From Acidimicrobiia bacterium (GTDB taxonomy: Bacteria > Actinomycetota > Acidimicrobiia > Spongiisociales > ZC4RG35), in assembly GCA_965203555.1 (NCBI GenBank), contig CBDBCY010000004.1:864001-928000 (forward strand): DNA of 64,000 bases. Direction: 5' to 3'. Position numbers and translations under genes: made by a program. Positions 60,678-64,000 of this stretch are shown here, in pieces (positions within the stretch are counted from its first letter, which is position 1; each line of letters opens with the position of its first letter). The notes beneath the pieces were generated by a model. The model was not told the DNA's origin and ran no database searches. It saw nothing but the letters and a program-made list of their open reading frames with translations.

Positions 60678-60762
60678 TTGTGCATTTTGGGAACCGATTA
60701 TTATACATTATAAGAATAGTTTGTTATACATTTTAGGAAGATACCGTTATACACTTTGGGAA
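60678..60762. repeat. Four 16-bp direct repeats at an exact 23-bp period
   Basis: ttgtgcattttgggaa (60678), ttatacattataagaa (60701), ttatacattttaggaa (60724), ttatacactttgggaa (60747). Confidence 0.85.
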
Positions 60763-60834
60763 TAACTGAGGACCTTTCCCCTCCTACCAGATCCTCGCAA
60801 TACTGTCTTTCGAAGGTGCGTACAATTCCCCGGC

Positions 60835-61230
60835 GTGCGTTACCGGCTGATTTACGTGGGACTGGGGCTTCTCACGGTGGCAACCCTGTCGCTCTGCTAT
60901 GTCTTCGGACGGGGTGGCGATCCTCTGACCCTGCCTCCTCCCCTGGAAGATGTTTCTCCCAAGCCTTACGACGCGGTTCCGATGCAGAGCAGCCTGGAGG
61001 TCGACCTGGAGGTCGGGTATGCGGCGCGTATCTATGTCAACGGGTATCCGATACCCGATTCTGAACTGTCCTTTGCCGAGGGGGTGGGCATTTACCGGTG
61101 GAGACCCGACTCGCGGAGCCTGCTCATGAACCGTTGGGAGGTGGGAGAGCACACCATCCGCGTGGAATGGGAAAAGACCTACGGACTGCCCGATGTCGGG
61201 GAATTCACCTGGACCTTCAGGGTGCAGTAG
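60835..61230 (+). CDS. Hypothetical membrane-anchored beta-rich (Ig/CopC-like) protein
   Basis: N-terminal TM; VSPKP...GEHTIRVEW...FTWTFRV pattern. Confidence 0.6.
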   Translation: MRYRLIYVGLGLLTVATLSLCYVFGRGGDPLTLPPPLEDVSPKPYDAVPMQSSLEVDLEVGYAARIYVNGYPIPDSELSFAEGVGIYRWRPDSRSLLMNRWEVGEHTIRVEWEKTYGLPDVGEFTWTFRVQ

Positions 61231-63385
61231 CCGCTTTGAACCGGCGCAACCGCAACGAGTTGGTGACCACCGACACGCTGGAGAACGCCATTGCCGCCGC
61301 GGCGATCATCGGATTCAATACGCCTGCCGCGGCCAGGGGAATGGCAGCGACGTTGTAGATGAACGCCCACACCAGGTTCCCGACGATCACCCGGTAGGTT
61401 CCCCGGGCCAGGGCGAGGGAGGTGGGGACCCCTAGCGGATCGCCGCTCATCAGCACGACGTCGCCCGTCTCCACCGCCACGTCGGTTCCCGTCCCGATGG
61501 CGATCCCCAGATCCGCCGCCGCCAACGCCACTGCATCGTTGATCCCATCCCCGACGAACCCCACCACCTGACCCTGTTCCTTCATGCGGGCCAACTCCTG
61601 CGCCTTTTCGCCCGGAAGAACGCCGGCCTTCACCTTGTCGATCCCCAACCGTCCGGCCACCACCGATGCGGACCGGGCGTTGTCACCGGTGAGCATCCCA
61701 ACCGAGACCTTCATCGACCGGAGCCGGGAAACAGTCTCCTCGGAAGTGGGACGCAGGGAATCGGAGACCGCCAGCACGCCGCGGACCTCGTCCTCCCATC
61801 CCGCCACAAACACCGTCTTGGCCTGGTCTTCGAGTGTCCCTATCACCTCCCGTTGCCCGTCGGTGGTCTCAAGCCCCGCGTCGGCCAGGAAGTCCGTCTT
61901 CCCCACCCATACCCGCACCCCTTCCACTACTCCCACCACTCCCCGACCGGCCACCGTCTCCACCTCCTCGGGCGTCACGATCTGCACTCCTCGCTCTCGG
62001 GCGCCGTCCGCCACTGCTCGGCCGATGGGATGCGAACTGGCTCCCTCCACCGATCCGACCAGCCTCAGGAAGCTCGCCGGATCCTCGGCGGAGACATCGG
62101 TCAATGTCATCTCTCCTTCGGTGAGGGTTCCCGTCTTGTCGAAGACCACGGTGTCGACCGACCGGATACGTTCAAACACCTCTGCATTCTTGAACAGAAC
62201 GCCCAGTTCCGCTCCGCGGCCGCTCCCAGCCATGATGGCGGTGGGAGTGGCCAGACCCAACGCGCACGGACAGGCGATGATCAGCACCGCCACCCCGTTC
62301 CGCACCGCCAGCCACAGATCTCCGCCGAATACCAGCCATGCCACAAAGGTCCCTATCCCTATCAGGATCGAGATCGGCACGAACACGGAAGAAACCCGGT
62401 CCGCCAGCCTCTGGATGGGCGGCTTGGATGCCTGTACCTCCTCCACCATCGCCACGATCCGGGAAAGGGCGGTGTCGGCGCCCACCTCAGTCACCCTGAA
62501 CACCACCCTCCCCGTTTGGTTAATGGTGCCGCAGTACACCGCGTCACCAACCATCCGGTCCACCGGTACGGACTCTCCGGTGAGCATCGACTCGTCCACC
62601 GTGGAGTGGCCGCCTGTGATCACGCCGTCGGCGGGGAATTTCTCACCTGCCAAAACGACCGCGGCTTCGCCAACTTTCAAGTCCGCCTGCGAAACCTCCA
62701 CCTCCACACCTTCACGGATCACCCGTACCGAGGAACTGAACCCCAGTTCCACCAACTTGGCGACCGCCTGCGAAGCCCGGTCCTTGGCGCGGGTTTCCAG
62801 AAAACGACCCATGAGAATCAGGGTCACGATCATTCCCGCCGTCTCGAAGTAGACCGGACGACCGTCGATCGCGGCCCAGCTCGAATAGAAAAAGGCGGCC
62901 AATGTGCCGACCGACACCAGCGTGTCCATATTGGCTTGGAAAACTCGCGCCCTCTGGTAGGCGATCCGATGAAACTGCCGTCCCCAAACAAAAACCAAAA
63001 AAGCCGACAGCACCCATTGCAGCGCCAACCAGAACGGTTCATGGGGCGCCCCCATGGAGATGACCATCAGCGGGGCGACGAACAGCGCCGCAGCCACGAA
63101 GGTTTTCAGTTGCCGGCGCGTGTCCTCCTCGTAGATTCCGTCCGTCGCCGATCCTGCGACTTCATCCGGGAGCGGCGCCATCTCATAGCCGATTTCATGG
63201 ATCTCTTCGAACAGCGAGGAGACATCCGTGTCGGGGGCATAGGTAACTCGAACCTTGGCGCCCATCAGGTTTACCGAGGCCTCTGTCACGTCCTCCCTCT
63301 GCAACAGAGCCTGCTCCACCCGCCCCGCGCACGAAGCACACGTCATACCCTTGACCGAGAAGACGTCCGTGTGGAGAGTATTCAA
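61217..63385 (-). CDS. copA: Cu(+)-translocating P1B-type ATPase
   Basis: GMTCASC, TGES, CPCALG, DKTGT, HP, GDGIND, YN and MAFSS. Confidence 0.95.
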   Translation of the reverse strand: MNTLHTDVFSVKGMTCASCAGRVEQALLQREDVTEASVNLMGAKVRVTYAPDTDVSSLFEEIHEIGYEMAPLPDEVAGSATDGIYEEDTRRQLKTFVAAALFVAPLMVISMGAPHEPFWLALQWVLSAFLVFVWGRQFHRIAYQRARVFQANMDTLVSVGTLAAFFYSSWAAIDGRPVYFETAGMIVTLILMGRFLETRAKDRASQAVAKLVELGFSSSVRVIREGVEVEVSQADLKVGEAAVVLAGEKFPADGVITGGHSTVDESMLTGESVPVDRMVGDAVYCGTINQTGRVVFRVTEVGADTALSRIVAMVEEVQASKPPIQRLADRVSSVFVPISILIGIGTFVAWLVFGGDLWLAVRNGVAVLIIACPCALGLATPTAIMAGSGRGAELGVLFKNAEVFERIRSVDTVVFDKTGTLTEGEMTLTDVSAEDPASFLRLVGSVEGASSHPIGRAVADGARERGVQIVTPEEVETVAGRGVVGVVEGVRVWVGKTDFLADAGLETTDGQREVIGTLEDQAKTVFVAGWEDEVRGVLAVSDSLRPTSEETVSRLRSMKVSVGMLTGDNARSASVVAGRLGIDKVKAGVLPGEKAQELARMKEQGQVVGFVGDGINDAVALAAADLGIAIGTGTDVAVETGDVVLMSGDPLGVPTSLALARGTYRVIVGNLVWAFIYNVAAIPLAAAGVLNPMIAAAAMAFSSVSVVTNSLRLRRFKAATAP

Positions 63386-63400
63386 GAGGGGGTCCCCGTT

Positions 63401-63640
63401 CTAGGTGCCTCTCGAAGTCAGGGGTCCCATCTCGTATCCGGCGTTCCGTACCTCATCGAACAGGGAGGTCACATCGGTCCCGCGGGCAAAAGTGACTTTC
63501 ACCTTGGCCGCCTTCAGGTTGACCTTGGCTCTCTTCACGTCCTCCCGTTGAAGAAGGGCACTCTCCACGTTCCCCGCGCACGAGCCGCATGTCATACCGC
63601 TCACTGAGAACACTTTCGTCTTCGTCCGGTAGGAAGCCAT
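63401..63640 (-). CDS. copZ: Heavy-metal-associated domain chaperone (CopZ-like)
   Basis: MASYRT..GMTCGSC; TAGAAT and GAGG upstream. Confidence 0.85.
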   Translation of the reverse strand: MASYRTKTKVFSVSGMTCGSCAGNVESALLQREDVKRAKVNLKAAKVKVTFARGTDVTSLFDEVRNAGYEMGPLTSRGT

Positions 63641-64000
63641 ATCAACCTCTATTCTAGTTTGCCCCGCCGAGGCTCCGTCGGCCTTTTGCGGCGCCGGGCA
63701 TCTCTCTGCGTTTTCGTGTGCCGCTGACCCGGACATGATTCTGTCAAGAGTCGGCAATGTCGGGCTGGCGATGTCTGAAAGGTGTTGAGAAACCCGATTG
63801 GAATGCGGGCGGAGATCATTTTCTTTGCTTGATGAGAGGTTTGCGGGTGCGTCTACTACGGTATCGGTTGGTTTGGCGGGAGGGCCGCCAGCCGGTGGTT
63901 GGCGGTCGGCGGAGAAAGTACTTTCCCGCAAAGGACTTGCGCACTGTCCAGTCCTGGTCATGTACCTTGTGGTGGCATCGGCTGCACAACAGGCACAGGT

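Noticed and set aside
60678-60762. 23-bp periodic array as a CRISPR or mini-CRISPR
   Set aside because: Units are 16 bp with 7-bp spacers, far too short, and no cas genes are present; kept as an operator-like repeat
58557-60771. cctcag...ctgagg as terminal inverted repeats of the vapBC/AAA islet
   Set aside because: Only about 6 bp, with no target-site duplication or transposase
2113-63607. Many long antisense or alternate-frame ORFs (e.g. 2113..3540, 13901..15316, 29889..31319, 32052..33773, 61853..63607)
   Set aside because: Shadow ORFs of well-supported genes in high-GC DNA, with no recognisable motifs

Overview
A GC-rich chromosomal window, most likely from an Actinomycetota genome of class Acidimicrobiia (inferred from gene content and style, not verified). 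It mixes housekeeping blocks with catabolic and accessory islets. In order: two tandem MlrC/M81 peptidases; a PfkB kinase; a CUT1 sugar ABC plus MBL hydrolase plus Gfo/Idh/MocA catabolic operon; an AbiEi-like/Fic gene; an imelysin-DHOR-imelysin-HTTM (vitamin K carboxylase-like) operon next to a ferric reductase-like gene; a membrane-anchored Schlafen (AlbA_2) fusion; CoA-disulfide reductase, AspAT, a degenerate Zn-ADH and an MFS; a frameshifted mscS; VanW; pyk; tupBCA preceded by a 39-aa unannotated TM ORF; an RloA/RloB pair bracketed by a duplicated gatB 3' end; gatCAB; a myo-inositol (iol) catabolic cluster; dapCDE; vapBC and an AAA/DUF4143 gene with a 4x23-bp repeat array upstream; and copZ-copA separated only by an in-frame amber codon. 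No rRNA, tRNA, CRISPR array, integrase or transposase was seen. Strongest leads: (1) the integrase-less RloAB islet integrated into the gatB 3' end, (2) the GlsB/YeaQ-Schlafen fusion, (3) the phased repeats upstream of the AAA/DUF4143 gene, (4) the imelysin/DHOR/HTTM operon, and (5) the in-frame copZ-TAG-copA junction. All family calls come from motif recognition by eye; no database searches were run.
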